64,000 nt of DNA from Hydrogenophilales bacterium 17-64-11 (GTDB taxonomy: Bacteria > Pseudomonadota > Gammaproteobacteria > Burkholderiales > Thiobacillaceae). Positions 9,967-19,261 of this stretch are shown piece after piece; the stretch's first letter is position 1; each line of letters opens with the position of its first letter. The stretch lies in assembly GCA_002281975.1 (NCBI GenBank), contig NCIH01000007.1, positions 19,435-83,434 on the forward strand, read 5' to 3'. Under the pieces are notes generated by a model, which saw only the letters and a program-made list of their open reading frames with translations, was not told the origin of the DNA and ran no database searches. Position numbers and translations under genes: made by a program.

Positions 9967-12900
9967 TTGACCGACAACATTTCCATCCATTACCCCGATC
10001 TGCCGGTTTCCGCGCGCCGCGATGACATCCTCGCGGCGCTGCGCGCCCACCGCGTGCTGATCCTGTGCGGCGAGACCGGCTCCGGCAAGACCACGCAGAT
10101 CCCCAAGATGTGTCTGGAAGCGCGGCTGGAATCGGTTACGGCACGCTCCGGCAAGCTGATCGGCTGCACCCAGCCGCGCCGCATCGCCGCGCGCTCGGTG
10201 GCGGCGCGCATTGCGCAGGAACTCGGCGGCGAACTCGGCGGCGTGGTCGGCTACAAGGTGCGCTTCACCGACAAGGTACGCCACGACACCGCGATCAAGG
10301 TGATGACCGACGGCATCCTGCTGGCCGAAAGCCAGGGCGACCCGCTCTTGAGCCGCTACGACACCATCATCATCGACGAGGCGCACGAGCGCAGCCTCAA
10401 CATCGATTTCCTGCTCGGCTACCTGAAGACGCTGGTGGAGCAGCGCAGCGATCTGAAGATCGTCATTACTTCCGCCACCATCGACGCCGAGCGCTTTTCC
10501 AGGCACTTCAACGACGCGCCGGTGATCGAGGTGTCGGGGCGCACCTACCCGGTGGAAATCCGCTGGCGGCCGATTGAACGCGGCGAACGCGAGGAGCCCG
10601 CCAACTCAGCCAAAGCCGACAAGAAGGATAAGGACGCACCCGACCTGATCGCCGCCATTCTCGATGCCACCGACGAACTGGCGCGCGTGGGCCCCGGCGA
10701 CATCCTGGTGTTCCTGCCCGGCGAGCGCGAGATCCGCGACACCGCCGAGGCGCTCAGGAAGCACCATCCGCCCGGTACCGAAATCCTGCCGCTGTTCTCC
10801 CGCCTGTCGGTGGCCGAGCAGGACGCGATCTTCAAGCCCACCAGCGCGCTGCGGCGCATCGTGCTCGCCACCAACGTTGCCGAGACCTCGCTCACCGTGC
10901 CGGGCATCCGCTACGTGATCGACCCCGGCACCGCGCGGGTGAAGCGCTATTCGGCGCGCAACAAGGTCGAGCAGTTGTTGATCGAGAAGGTGTCGCAGGC
11001 CTCGGCCAACCAGCGCGCCGGGCGCTGCGGGCGGGTGACCGACGGCGTCTGCATCCGCCTCTACGACGAGGCCGACTTCGCCAACCGGCCGCGCTTCACC
11101 GATCCCGAACTGCTGCGCTCGTCGCTGGCCGGCGTCATCCTGCGCATGAAGTCGCTCGGGCTGGGCGACGTGGTGGGATTTCCCTTCATCGACCCGCCGA
11201 GTTCGCGGCTCGTCACCGACGGCTACCAGCTGCTGGCCGAACTGCACGCGCTCGACGAGCAGGGGGCCTTAACCAGGATCGGCAGCAAGCTCGCCAGGCT
11301 GCCGCTCGACCCGCGCATCGCGCGAATGCTGCTGGCTGCGGAGCAGCAGCGCTGCGTGCGCGAGGTGCTGATCATCGCCAGCGCGCTGTCGGTGCAGGAC
11401 CCGCGCGACCGCCCGATGGAGCGCGCGCAGGCGGCCGACGAAAAGCACAGATTGTTCGCCGACGAGCGCTCCGACTTCATGGGCTGGCTCAAGCTGTGGC
11501 GCTGGTACGCGGAGCAGGTGCAGCACAAGAAGACCAACCGCCAGTTGCAGGCGCTGCTGCAGGATCATTTCCTGTCGCCGCGGCGGATGCGCGAGTGGCG
11601 CGACATCCACGGCCAGCTGCATGCGCAGGTCGCCGAACTCGGCCTGCGCGAGAACGACAAGGACGCCGGCTACGACGCGATCCACCAGGCATTGCTGACC
11701 GGCCTGCTCGGCAACATCGGCTTCAAGTCGGATGACGCCAAGGCGCGCGCCAAGCCGGGCGAAGGCAACTACCAGGGCGCACGCGGCATCAAGCTGTCGA
11801 TCCATCCCGGCTCGGCGCTGGCGAAAAAAGCCCCGAAGTGGATCATGGCCGCCGAACTCACGGATACCGGCCGCTTGCTCGCGCGCACCGTCGCCGAGGT
11901 GCGGCCGGAATGGATCGAGGCAGCGGGGCGTCATCTATTGACGCGCATGTACATCGAGCCGCACTGGGAGAAGGACGGCGCGCGCGTGGTGGCGTTCGAG
12001 CGCGTCAGCCTGTATGGCATCACCCTGGTGGCGCGGCGCAAGATCCACTACGGCCCCGTCGATGCGGTGCTGTCGCGCGAGCTGTTCATCCGCGGCGCGC
12101 TGGTGGCGGGCGAATACGACACGCGGGCGCCGTGGTTCGCGCACAACCGCGCGCTGGTCAAGGAAATCGAGGACCTCGAACACAAGGCGAGGAAGTCCGG
12201 CGTGTGGCTGGACGAGGAGCGCATTTTCCGCGTGTTCGACGCGCGCATCCCGGCCGACATCCACAACGGCGCCGCGTTCGAGACCTGGCGTGCCGAAGCC
12301 GAGGCCGCCGATCCGAACATCCTGTTCCTGCGGCGCGAGGACATTCTCGGCGAGGGGCTCGGCGCCGACCATGCGTTGTTTCCCGAGACGATGGCGATCG
12401 ACGGCGCGGCGTGCAAGCTCAAGTACCGCTTCGAACCCGGCCACCCGCTCGACGGCGTGACGCTGCGCCTGCCGCTGTATCTGCTCAACCGGATCGAGGC
12501 CGCGCAGATCGACTGGCTGGTGCCCGGTCTCATCCGCGAAAAGCTCACTGCGCTCTTGAAATTCCTGCCCAAGGACAGGCGCCGTCCGCTGATTCCGCTG
12601 CCCGACACGGTGACCGCCTTCCTCTCGGTGACGAAGCCGGGCGAGGCCATGCTCACCGACGCGCTCGCCGGTTTCATCCGCAGGAAAACCGGCGCCGACG
12701 TCCACCCCGACGAGTGGAAGGGCGAATTGCCGGCGCACCTGAAGATGAATCTCAGCGTGACCGACGACAGCGGGCAGGAACTCGCCGGCGGCCGCGATCT
12801 CGCGAGCCTGCGCCAGCAGCTCGGCGGCGCGGCCCGCATCACCTATGGCGGCGGCGCCGAGGACAGCGAGTTCGAGCGCACCGGCCTCGCCGAATGGAAT

Positions 12901-13866
12901 TTCGGCGACCTGCCCGAGCAGGTGAAATTCAGGCGCAGCGGACGCGAGCTGATCGGCTACCCGGCGCTGGTCGACAATGGCGAGACCGTCGACTTGCGCC
13001 TGCTCGATGCGGCCGAGGCGGCGGAGATGGAGACCCGCCGCGGGATCGTGCGGCTGCTGCGCATCGCGCTGGCCGCGCAGTTCAAGCAGCTCGACAAGGA
13101 TCTTTCACGTGAGACCGCGCTGGCGCTGAAATACCGCAGCTTTGGCAGCGCCGAGCAACTGCGCGCAGCGCTGATCGATGCGATTGCCGCGCGTGCGCTT
13201 CTGGGCGACGACGACACCCCGCGCGACGAGAAGCGCTTCGGCAAGCAGAAGGAGCGCGCCAAGCCCAGGATCTCCGTGGTGAAGCAGGCGCTCGTGCGCG
13301 ACGTGGCGGAGATACTCGACCTGCATGCGCAGGTGGCGGCGCGCCTCAACGCCAAGCCGCAGTTCACCGCGGTGATGCGCGACGAGCACGCGCACCTGGC
13401 GGCGCTGGTGCCGGCGGATTTCATCACCGCCACCCCGTGGGCGCGCCTGAAGGAGTTGCCGCGCTACCTGCGCGGCATCCTCAAGCGGCTGGAGAAGCTG
13501 CCCGCTGCCGAACAGCGCGATGCGCGCGCCATGGCGGGCGTGCTGACGCTGCAGAACAAGTACCTGGCGCGGCGCGACCAGGCGAAGGGCGCAGCACCCG
13601 CAAGGGGCACGCCGCCAGACGTTTATGCCCTTCAGGGTGCTCGCCTTTCAGGCGGTCTTGGCGCAGCACCTGCAAGGGGCACGCCGCCAGACGCTCGCCT
13701 TTCAGGCGGTCTTGGCGCGGTCCCGGCGGCGCTCGACGATTTCCGCTGGCAGCTGGAGGAGCTGCGTATATCGCTGTTCGCCCAGGAACTGAAAACGCCA
13801 TACCCGGTGTCGGTCAAGCGGCTCGACAAGGTGTGGGACGAGCTTGCCAGACAGCCCTTGAGTTGA
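9967..13866 (+). CDS. hrpA: ATP-dependent RNA helicase HrpA
   Basis: GETGSGKTTQ, DEAHERS, SAT, QRAGRCGR, C-terminal EELRISLFAQEL. Confidence 0.97.
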   Translation: MTDNISIHYPDLPVSARRDDILAALRAHRVLILCGETGSGKTTQIPKMCLEARLESVTARSGKLIGCTQPRRIAARSVAARIAQELGGELGGVVGYKVRFTDKVRHDTAIKVMTDGILLAESQGDPLLSRYDTIIIDEAHERSLNIDFLLGYLKTLVEQRSDLKIVITSATIDAERFSRHFNDAPVIEVSGRTYPVEIRWRPIERGEREEPANSAKADKKDKDAPDLIAAILDATDELARVGPGDILVFLPGEREIRDTAEALRKHHPPGTEILPLFSRLSVAEQDAIFKPTSALRRIVLATNVAETSLTVPGIRYVIDPGTARVKRYSARNKVEQLLIEKVSQASANQRAGRCGRVTDGVCIRLYDEADFANRPRFTDPELLRSSLAGVILRMKSLGLGDVVGFPFIDPPSSRLVTDGYQLLAELHALDEQGALTRIGSKLARLPLDPRIARMLLAAEQQRCVREVLIIASALSVQDPRDRPMERAQAADEKHRLFADERSDFMGWLKLWRWYAEQVQHKKTNRQLQALLQDHFLSPRRMREWRDIHGQLHAQVAELGLRENDKDAGYDAIHQALLTGLLGNIGFKSDDAKARAKPGEGNYQGARGIKLSIHPGSALAKKAPKWIMAAELTDTGRLLARTVAEVRPEWIEAAGRHLLTRMYIEPHWEKDGARVVAFERVSLYGITLVARRKIHYGPVDAVLSRELFIRGALVAGEYDTRAPWFAHNRALVKEIEDLEHKARKSGVWLDEERIFRVFDARIPADIHNGAAFETWRAEAEAADPNILFLRREDILGEGLGADHALFPETMAIDGAACKLKYRFEPGHPLDGVTLRLPLYLLNRIEAAQIDWLVPGLIREKLTALLKFLPKDRRRPLIPLPDTVTAFLSVTKPGEAMLTDALAGFIRRKTGADVHPDEWKGELPAHLKMNLSVTDDSGQELAGGRDLASLRQQLGGAARITYGGGAEDSEFERTGLAEWNFGDLPEQVKFRRSGRELIGYPALVDNGETVDLRLLDAAEAAEMETRRGIVRLLRIALAAQFKQLDKDLSRETALALKYRSFGSAEQLRAALIDAIAARALLGDDDTPRDEKRFGKQKERAKPRISVVKQALVRDVAEILDLHAQVAARLNAKPQFTAVMRDEHAHLAALVPADFITATPWARLKELPRYLRGILKRLEKLPAAEQRDARAMAGVLTLQNKYLARRDQAKGAAPARGTPPDVYALQGARLSGGLGAAPARGTPPDARLSGGLGAVPAALDDFRWQLEELRISLFAQELKTPYPVSVKRLDKVWDELARQPLS
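13588..13713. repeat. Tandem hairpin-rich repeat (72 + 54 bp) inserted in frame in hrpA
   Basis: Two units GGCGCAGCACC(C/T)GCAAGGGGCACGCCGCCAGAC...GCTCGCCTTTCAGGCGGTCTT, followed by a third GGCGC. Confidence 0.85.
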
Positions 13867-13879
13867 GTACGGTGCGCCT

Positions 13880-14455
13880 ATGAGCGAACGCGTCTTCAAC
13901 CTGCCCAACATCATCACCCTGCTGCGCCTGGCGGCGGTGCCGGTCGTCGGCTGGCTGATCCTGCAGCAGCGCTGGGAGGCGGCCTGCTGGCTGTTCCTCG
14001 CCGCTGCGGTGTCGGACGGAATCGATGGCCTGCTGGCGCGCTGGCTGAACCAGATGACGCAACTGGGCGCGGCGCTCGACTCCGTCGCCGACAAGGCGCT
14101 GGGCCTGGTGACGCTGGTGATGCTGACGCTCGAAGAAGCGATCCCGATGTGGGTGACGCTGGCGATCCTGCTGCGCGACAGCGTCATCGTGCTGGGCGCG
14201 TTGAGCTACCGCGGATTGGCCGGCCATCTGGAAATCCATCCCACCTGGCTTGGCAAGACGCATATGTTTGCCGAGTTCGTATTGCTGACGCTGGTGCTGG
14301 CTGGTCTGGCCGGCTTGCTGGCGCTGGACGACTGGCTGCTGCCGCTGTTCGGCATCGTGTTCGTCATTGCCGTGGTCTCCGGGGCGCAGTATGTCTGGAT
14401 CTGGAGCGCCAAGGCGCGCCATGCGCGCGCGGCGGCCCGCTTCAAGCCTCGCTGA
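13880..14455 (+). CDS. CDP-alcohol phosphatidyltransferase family protein
   Basis: NLPNIITLLR; DGIDGLLAR...G..LDSVADK signature. Confidence 0.92.
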   Translation: MSERVFNLPNIITLLRLAAVPVVGWLILQQRWEAACWLFLAAAVSDGIDGLLARWLNQMTQLGAALDSVADKALGLVTLVMLTLEEAIPMWVTLAILLRDSVIVLGALSYRGLAGHLEIHPTWLGKTHMFAEFVLLTLVLAGLAGLLALDDWLLPLFGIVFVIAVVSGAQYVWIWSAKARHARAAARFKPR

Positions 14456-14459
14456 CGCG

Positions 14460-15579
14460 TCACTGAAAGGAAAGGCAGCGCTGGCGTTCCGACTCGCAGC
14501 CGGATTTGACCCGGTACATGGCGGCGTCGGCGGCGCGAATCAGCGCATCTTCGTCGCTGCCGTCGTCGGGATATACCGCCTGGCCGATGCTGGCGTCGAT
14601 GTCCAGCTGGAGGTCGTCGAAGCGAGCGCTGTGGGCCAGGCTATGTTCGATCTTGAGTGCAGCGGCGACGCAGTCGTGCCGTGACCTCCATCAGCACGGC
14701 GTCGCCGATATGGTGGCCATGCCGGTCGTTGATGTCCTTGAAGCGGTCCATGTCCACATACAGGATGCCCACCTTGCCGCCATAGCGATGGGCGTGGCGG
14801 ATCGCCTGCTGCAGGCGGTCGTAAAACAGCCGCCGGTTGGCCAGCCCGGTGAGCGGGTCATGCGTCGCCTCTTCGCGCAGCGCTGCCCGCGAGCGCTCGA
14901 GCTCCACCATCTGTTCGTCTATCTGCCGCGATTTCTGGCCGATTTTTCGCAGCGTATGCCTGGCGATCAGCAGGGCCAGGGCAATCGCCGCAATGCCGAA
15001 TACCAGCGTGAGCAGAAAAGTGCGCCGGTAGGTTTGCTGCGCCTGCTGCTGGGCAACCAGGTTGGCCTGCTGATACAGATTGCGCATGTCGGCCAGTTGC
15101 AGGTTGAAGGCTTCCTGGACAGGGATGGCCTCCTGCACCAGTACCCGGCGCGCGTCGGCGCTCAGTTCGGATTTGAGCAGATCGACCACGCGATTCTGCA
15201 CCGATTCGATGTCGTTGATCAGGAGGGTCTGGGTATCGAAGCTGCGTTGCTCGGAGGAGGAAAACCCCAGCTGACGCAGGGCGTTGCGCCCGCTCCCGAC
15301 CAGGAAACCGGCGCGGTTGAATTCCAGGAAATGGGCATCGCGCTCGAACGGATCGTCGGCAAGCGCCATGCGGAACAGGCTGTCGGTACGGATATGCGCC
15401 GCCACCTGGGTTTGCGTGATGAGATCGATCTTGCGGTTATGGTTCTCAACCACCGTGCGCATCTGCTCGCCCAGCGTTTGCAATTGCAGCAGGCCGTTCA
15501 AGGCCAGCCCGCAGATCAGGGCGATCAGCGTGACGAAGGCCGTTCCGGTGGTGAGAGAAAATCCGCGTTGCATAGGCAT
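14460..15579 (-). pseudogene. Membrane-bound diguanylate cyclase with internal deletion and frameshift
   Basis: HDPLTGLANRR, DMDRFKDINDRHGHHIGDAVL in one frame; ASIGQAVYPDDG..LIRAADAAMYRVK in another; GGDEF motif absent. Confidence 0.85.
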
Positions 15580-15617
15580 AGGCGCTTGTGCTCAGGACAT
15601 TATCGATGTTTAGTCCA

Positions 15618-16190
15618 TTATTGGCCGGATGGCAGCCTTGGGCGCGTCATGCCGGCCTGCTGGAGGGCCTGCAAGGCATGGGCGACTTGTTGTGCGTGGC
15701 GTGCCGGGTCAACCCTGTCGAAGCGTGCCGCGATACGTCCGTCGGGCGCGATGATGAAGGTGTGGCGACGGGCGAGTCGCACAAGCCCAAGATTCAGCAG
15801 GCTGTCGTATGCTGCGGCCGTATGCCCGCCGGGATCGGACAGCAGGGGGAACGGCAACTGGTGTTTACGGGCAAAACCGGCGTGCGACCGGGTGTCGTCG
15901 ACGCTGACTCCGGCCACCGCCGCGTCGAGATCGCCCAGCGCACCGATGGCGTCGCGAAAGCAGCATGCCTCCCGTGTGCAGCCGGGCGTATCGTCCCTGG
16001 GATAGAAATACAGCACCAGCCAGCGCCCGGCATAATCGCCCAAACGATGAATGCGGCCATCCTGGTCCGGCAAGGCGAAATCGGGCGCGGCGCTGCCTTC
16101 CGTCCGCTGCGGGCCTGGCCGCAGCATCCACAAAAGCGCGCTGGCCAGCAGCAGCAGTAACGCCAATCCGCCCAGCATGTATTTATTCAT
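15618..16190 (-). CDS. bcp: Peroxiredoxin (Bcp/PrxQ family)
   Basis: APDFALPDQDG, VLYFYPRDDTPGCTREAC; hydrophobic N-terminus. Confidence 0.9.
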   Translation of the reverse strand: MNKYMLGGLALLLLLASALLWMLRPGPQRTEGSAAPDFALPDQDGRIHRLGDYAGRWLVLYFYPRDDTPGCTREACCFRDAIGALGDLDAAVAGVSVDDTRSHAGFARKHQLPFPLLSDPGGHTAAAYDSLLNLGLVRLARRHTFIIAPDGRIAARFDRVDPARHAQQVAHALQALQQAGMTRPRLPSGQ

Positions 16191-16273
16191 ATGCTCCCCC
16201 GTCTGCATCATAGCCGGGTTGCGCGCCAATCGGGTGCGTCCCGCAGGGATTCGGCAATCCATGCGGGATTCGG

Positions 16274-16288
16274 TAGAATGCGCGCCAC
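16274..16288 (+). promoter_or_regulatory. tRNA promoter -10 plus GC-rich discriminator
   Basis: TAGAAT at 16274-16279 followed by GCGCGCCAC just before the tRNA. Confidence 0.6.
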
Positions 16289-16361
16289 GCCCCGGTAGCT
16301 CAGTGGATAGAGCAACCCCCTCCTAAGGGGTAGGTCGGACGTTCGATTCGTCTTCGGGGCG
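16289..16361 (+). tRNA. tRNA-Arg(CCT), no encoded CCA
   Basis: Cloverleaf: acceptor GCCCCGG/TCGGGGC, D-arm GCTC/GAGC, anticodon arm CCCC-CTCCTAA-GGGG, T-loop TTCGATT. Confidence 0.93.
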
Positions 16362-16677
16362 TGTAGGCGCTATGTAGGTTTTTCCCGTAACAGCCGATAC
16401 CAGAAAATCCAGGGATTAAACTGGTTCCCTATCCCGATGGGCTGAGCAGTATAGGCTGTCGATCCGGAAAAAATATCCCGCGTCCCGTGCGAGCACTGGC
16501 AAGCAAAAAGGTGGTGCGATTCCCGCTCGTATCGCACCGTCCTGATCCGGGCAAAGTGGTTCGCCAGTAGTAGCATGATGAATTGCCCCACCTAGTTCGT
16601 CGGCACAAAATCCCGACTCCTTCCCAAGACTAGAGCGGATTCCGAACACTGCTGGCAGCACAGCGAGGGACTGCCCG

Positions 16678-17436
16678 ATGCAAGTCACCTTTGATATTGA
16701 TGACCGAAAAGCGCTACCCCTTCGGGCTATCCCCTATGTCACTTCCTGGAAAACCCCGCCCGACGAAATCGTCAATGTGCTTGCGGCACCGAAAACCGAA
16801 AAAGTTGGACACAACCTTGAGATTCGGAATAGGCACAACGAATTGTTTGCGTATCAAATGGATTCCCAGCGCAATCTTGTGCAGGTTCCCGCAAGCCAGT
16901 GGGAAGCATGGATTGTTACGTACCGCAGCCTGACAGCGCAATTGAGGGCGGATGAGCGCAGCGGGGCGGTAAACGAAAATTACGCGAATTGGCGCATCAA
17001 GGCGGTATTGGAATTGCCCGACAATGTCTTCGTCTGGCTGGATGAGTTTCAGGCCTGGTACTCCCGCACCCGACCGTTAGCGGACTCAGCGCCTGAACAT
17101 GACGGTGATTGGGAAACAGAAAGTGACAGCTTATGCTTGGCGCCAATCTTTCCCCCTGCTTTAGAGGACAGGTTATGGCGCTACTCAGAAGGCTTTATTC
17201 CAACTAAGCCAGTCGGGTTAGAGGAAAGCGTGGTTATCCACCGGTATCCAATAGCCCCAGAAGAGCCGCTTGTCACCCACCACGACACACTTCAAGCCGC
17301 TGCCGATGAAGTGCCGACCGCCGAACAAGCTGAAATTAATGACACAACCACCACAGAGGTTGAAGCCGCGCCAGCGTCAAAGAAAGATTGGGAAATCAGG
17401 GTCTGGGAGCTTGCTGATGAAATCGGCTTAAAAAAT
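16678..17436 (+). pseudogene. Island hypothetical gene, 5' part, interrupted by the ICE
   Basis: ORF reads into the TAAAAAAT att repeat and continues in frame at 62768. Confidence 0.8.
17429..17436. repeat. ICE att core (trb end)
   Basis: TAAAAAAT identical to 62760-62767. Confidence 0.85.
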
Positions 17437-17542
17437 GTCGCCTGTCAAGAACTCTCTGCTGACAGGCACAACACCTAAGTCTATATCGGACAAGGATTTT
17501 GGCTTCTGGGCCAGCCCCTCGGGCAGTCCTGCTCTGGCAGGC

Positions 17543-17635
17543 TAGGAGCCACATAAGAGCAAGGCGGTTGCGGGTCTCGGCGTAGCTGAGCAAGCATCCG
17601 GCAATGTCCGTGCAGATGATATGACAAGGCTCCTG
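17543..17635. promoter_or_regulatory. Putative integrase arm-type sites
   Basis: TAGGAGCC (17543), TAAGAGC, and inverted GGCTCCTG (17628) match CAGGAGCC/TAGGAGCC at 62611-62629. Confidence 0.6.
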
Positions 17636-17657
17636 CGAGCCATAGCCCAAAAACACA

Positions 17658-17684
17658 AAAGCGCAGGCCACTGACCTGCGCTTT
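17658..17684 (-). terminator. Intrinsic terminator after the trb operon
   Basis: AAAGCGCAGG-N7-CCTGCGCTTT. Confidence 0.7.
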
Positions 17685-17709
17685 CGTGTCGCCGCCGATG
17701 TGGCCACGC

Positions 17710-17967
17710 CTATGTCGGCGGCGCGTCCCGCCGGGGCACTGACGGCGCTTTCGCCGCCGTCCCCTTCCTGAACCCCCGATCCCGTGCCATGAACGCTTCC
17801 AGCATGTGCGGGATCAACGTCATCGCATCGACCGGCTCGCCGTAGGTCTGCGCGTGCAGTGCGGCGTAGCGGTCGAGGTCGGCCTTCAGGCTGGCCGGAC
17901 ACGCGAATGTCAGCTTGACGCTCTCGCTCTTGGGCAACGGCCCGAGCCGCAGCTTGTTCGTGTTCAT
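17710..17967 (-). CDS. DUF2274 family protein
   Basis: KLRLGPLP...LDRYAALHAQTYGE..LIPHMLEAFMARDRGF, the usual gene after trbI. Confidence 0.85.
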   Translation of the reverse strand: MNTNKLRLGPLPKSESVKLTFACPASLKADLDRYAALHAQTYGEPVDAMTLIPHMLEAFMARDRGFRKGTAAKAPSVPRRDAPPT

Positions 17968-19259
17968 TGCGATGCACCCCTCTGGAAGAACAGCGGCTGG
18001 TACGGTCGCAGCACCAGGTCGCGGTTGACGATGATGCGCACCGGCAGGCCGGGGCGAGCCGTCAGCGTGGGCTGGATGTTCATGTTGCGCCGGGTCATCT
18101 CCTGGCCGATCTGGTTCACGCTGTCCTGCACGCTGTCGCGGCCGGCAATGACGACGCGATCCCCGCCCTGGCGATTCTCCGGGGCGGCCAGTTCGGCGCC
18201 GACGCCCAGCAGCGTGGTCAGCACCGCGCCGGCGAAGATGCGATCCCAATGCCAATCGACACCATCCTCCAGGCCCGCGTAACCGGCCGGGTCCGTGCCC
18301 ACGAGGTTGTCGAGCTGGCTTGATGAGGTGTCCGGCAGGATCAGCCGGTGCCACACCATCTGGAGTCGGGTCTGCCCGTAGCTGACCTGGCTGTTGTAGC
18401 GGCCCAGGATGCGCGAGCCCTGCGGGATCAGCAGATGGCGGCCGGTGGCCGTGTCGTAGATCGGCTCCGTCACCGTGGCGATCACGTCGCCCGGTAGGTC
18501 GGACTTGATGCCCGTCACCAGTGCGCCCGCGATCACCGTGCCGGCCATCACCTGATACGGCGAGGCAGGTAGTTGCAGGTTGCCAGAATTGCGGGTTTGC
18601 ACAGGACCGGCATTGCTCAGAAACGCTTCCTTCTGGTCCTGCCGGTTCTGCACGGCGGTGGGATCGCCCGGCTGCGCGGCCGTCGAAGCCGGTCCGGCGG
18701 CCAGCGGATCGAAACCCGCCAGTCCGGTCAGCGGTGGGGTTCCTGCCATGCTCTGAGTGGGAGGGGCTACGGCGGCGCGCTGTCCGCCCGTGCTGAAGAA
18801 CACGGACGAAGCCGCCGCTTCCTCGGCCTCCTTGAGCCGCGCTAGGCGCTCGGCTTCGGCCGGGTCATAGCCCGGTTGCGAGTAACCCTGCGCTCGCTGT
18901 TCGGCGCGCAGGATCGGTGCTCCGAGGTCGCCGGGTAGCGGTTCGCCCAGCTCCGGCGGCAGCGGTGGCAAGGTCGGCGGTAGTTGCGAATAGTCGATGG
19001 GCAACTGCGCCAGCCCTTCGGAGCGCGACACGCGATCGACGTTGTACAACTCGGTCGGCTCGCCTGCGCCACGGCGCTGCGGTGCTTGCAGCGACCAGAG
19101 CGTTGCGCCCAATACGGCGGCGGCCACGCTGCCGACCAGAACTGCCAGCATGCGCCGGTTCAACCGCGTGACGGGACGCGGCTGCGCCCGCAGGGCGACT
19201 TGTTCCGGCGCCAGCTTCGGGGCGGCGCCAAGCATGTCCGGAGAATCGTCCTGGCTCAT
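17964..19259 (-). CDS. trbI: TrbI/VirB10
   Basis: AGTVIAGALVTGIKSDLPG, LIPQGSRILG, QPTLTARPG. Confidence 0.95.
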   Translation of the reverse strand: MSQDDSPDMLGAAPKLAPEQVALRAQPRPVTRLNRRMLAVLVGSVAAAVLGATLWSLQAPQRRGAGEPTELYNVDRVSRSEGLAQLPIDYSQLPPTLPPLPPELGEPLPGDLGAPILRAEQRAQGYSQPGYDPAEAERLARLKEAEEAAASSVFFSTGGQRAAVAPPTQSMAGTPPLTGLAGFDPLAAGPASTAAQPGDPTAVQNRQDQKEAFLSNAGPVQTRNSGNLQLPASPYQVMAGTVIAGALVTGIKSDLPGDVIATVTEPIYDTATGRHLLIPQGSRILGRYNSQVSYGQTRLQMVWHRLILPDTSSSQLDNLVGTDPAGYAGLEDGVDWHWDRIFAGAVLTTLLGVGAELAAPENRQGGDRVVIAGRDSVQDSVNQIGQEMTRRNMNIQPTLTARPGLPVRIIVNRDLVLRPYQPLFFQRGASQ

Positions 19260-19261
19260 GG

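Noticed and set aside
13588-13713. Repeat as a mini-CRISPR
   Set aside because: Only two units, no unique spacers, in frame in hrpA, no cas genes in the window
17437-17478. C-terminus VACQELSADRHNT of the 266-aa ORF
   Set aside because: Read-through into ICE end sequence, not the native tail
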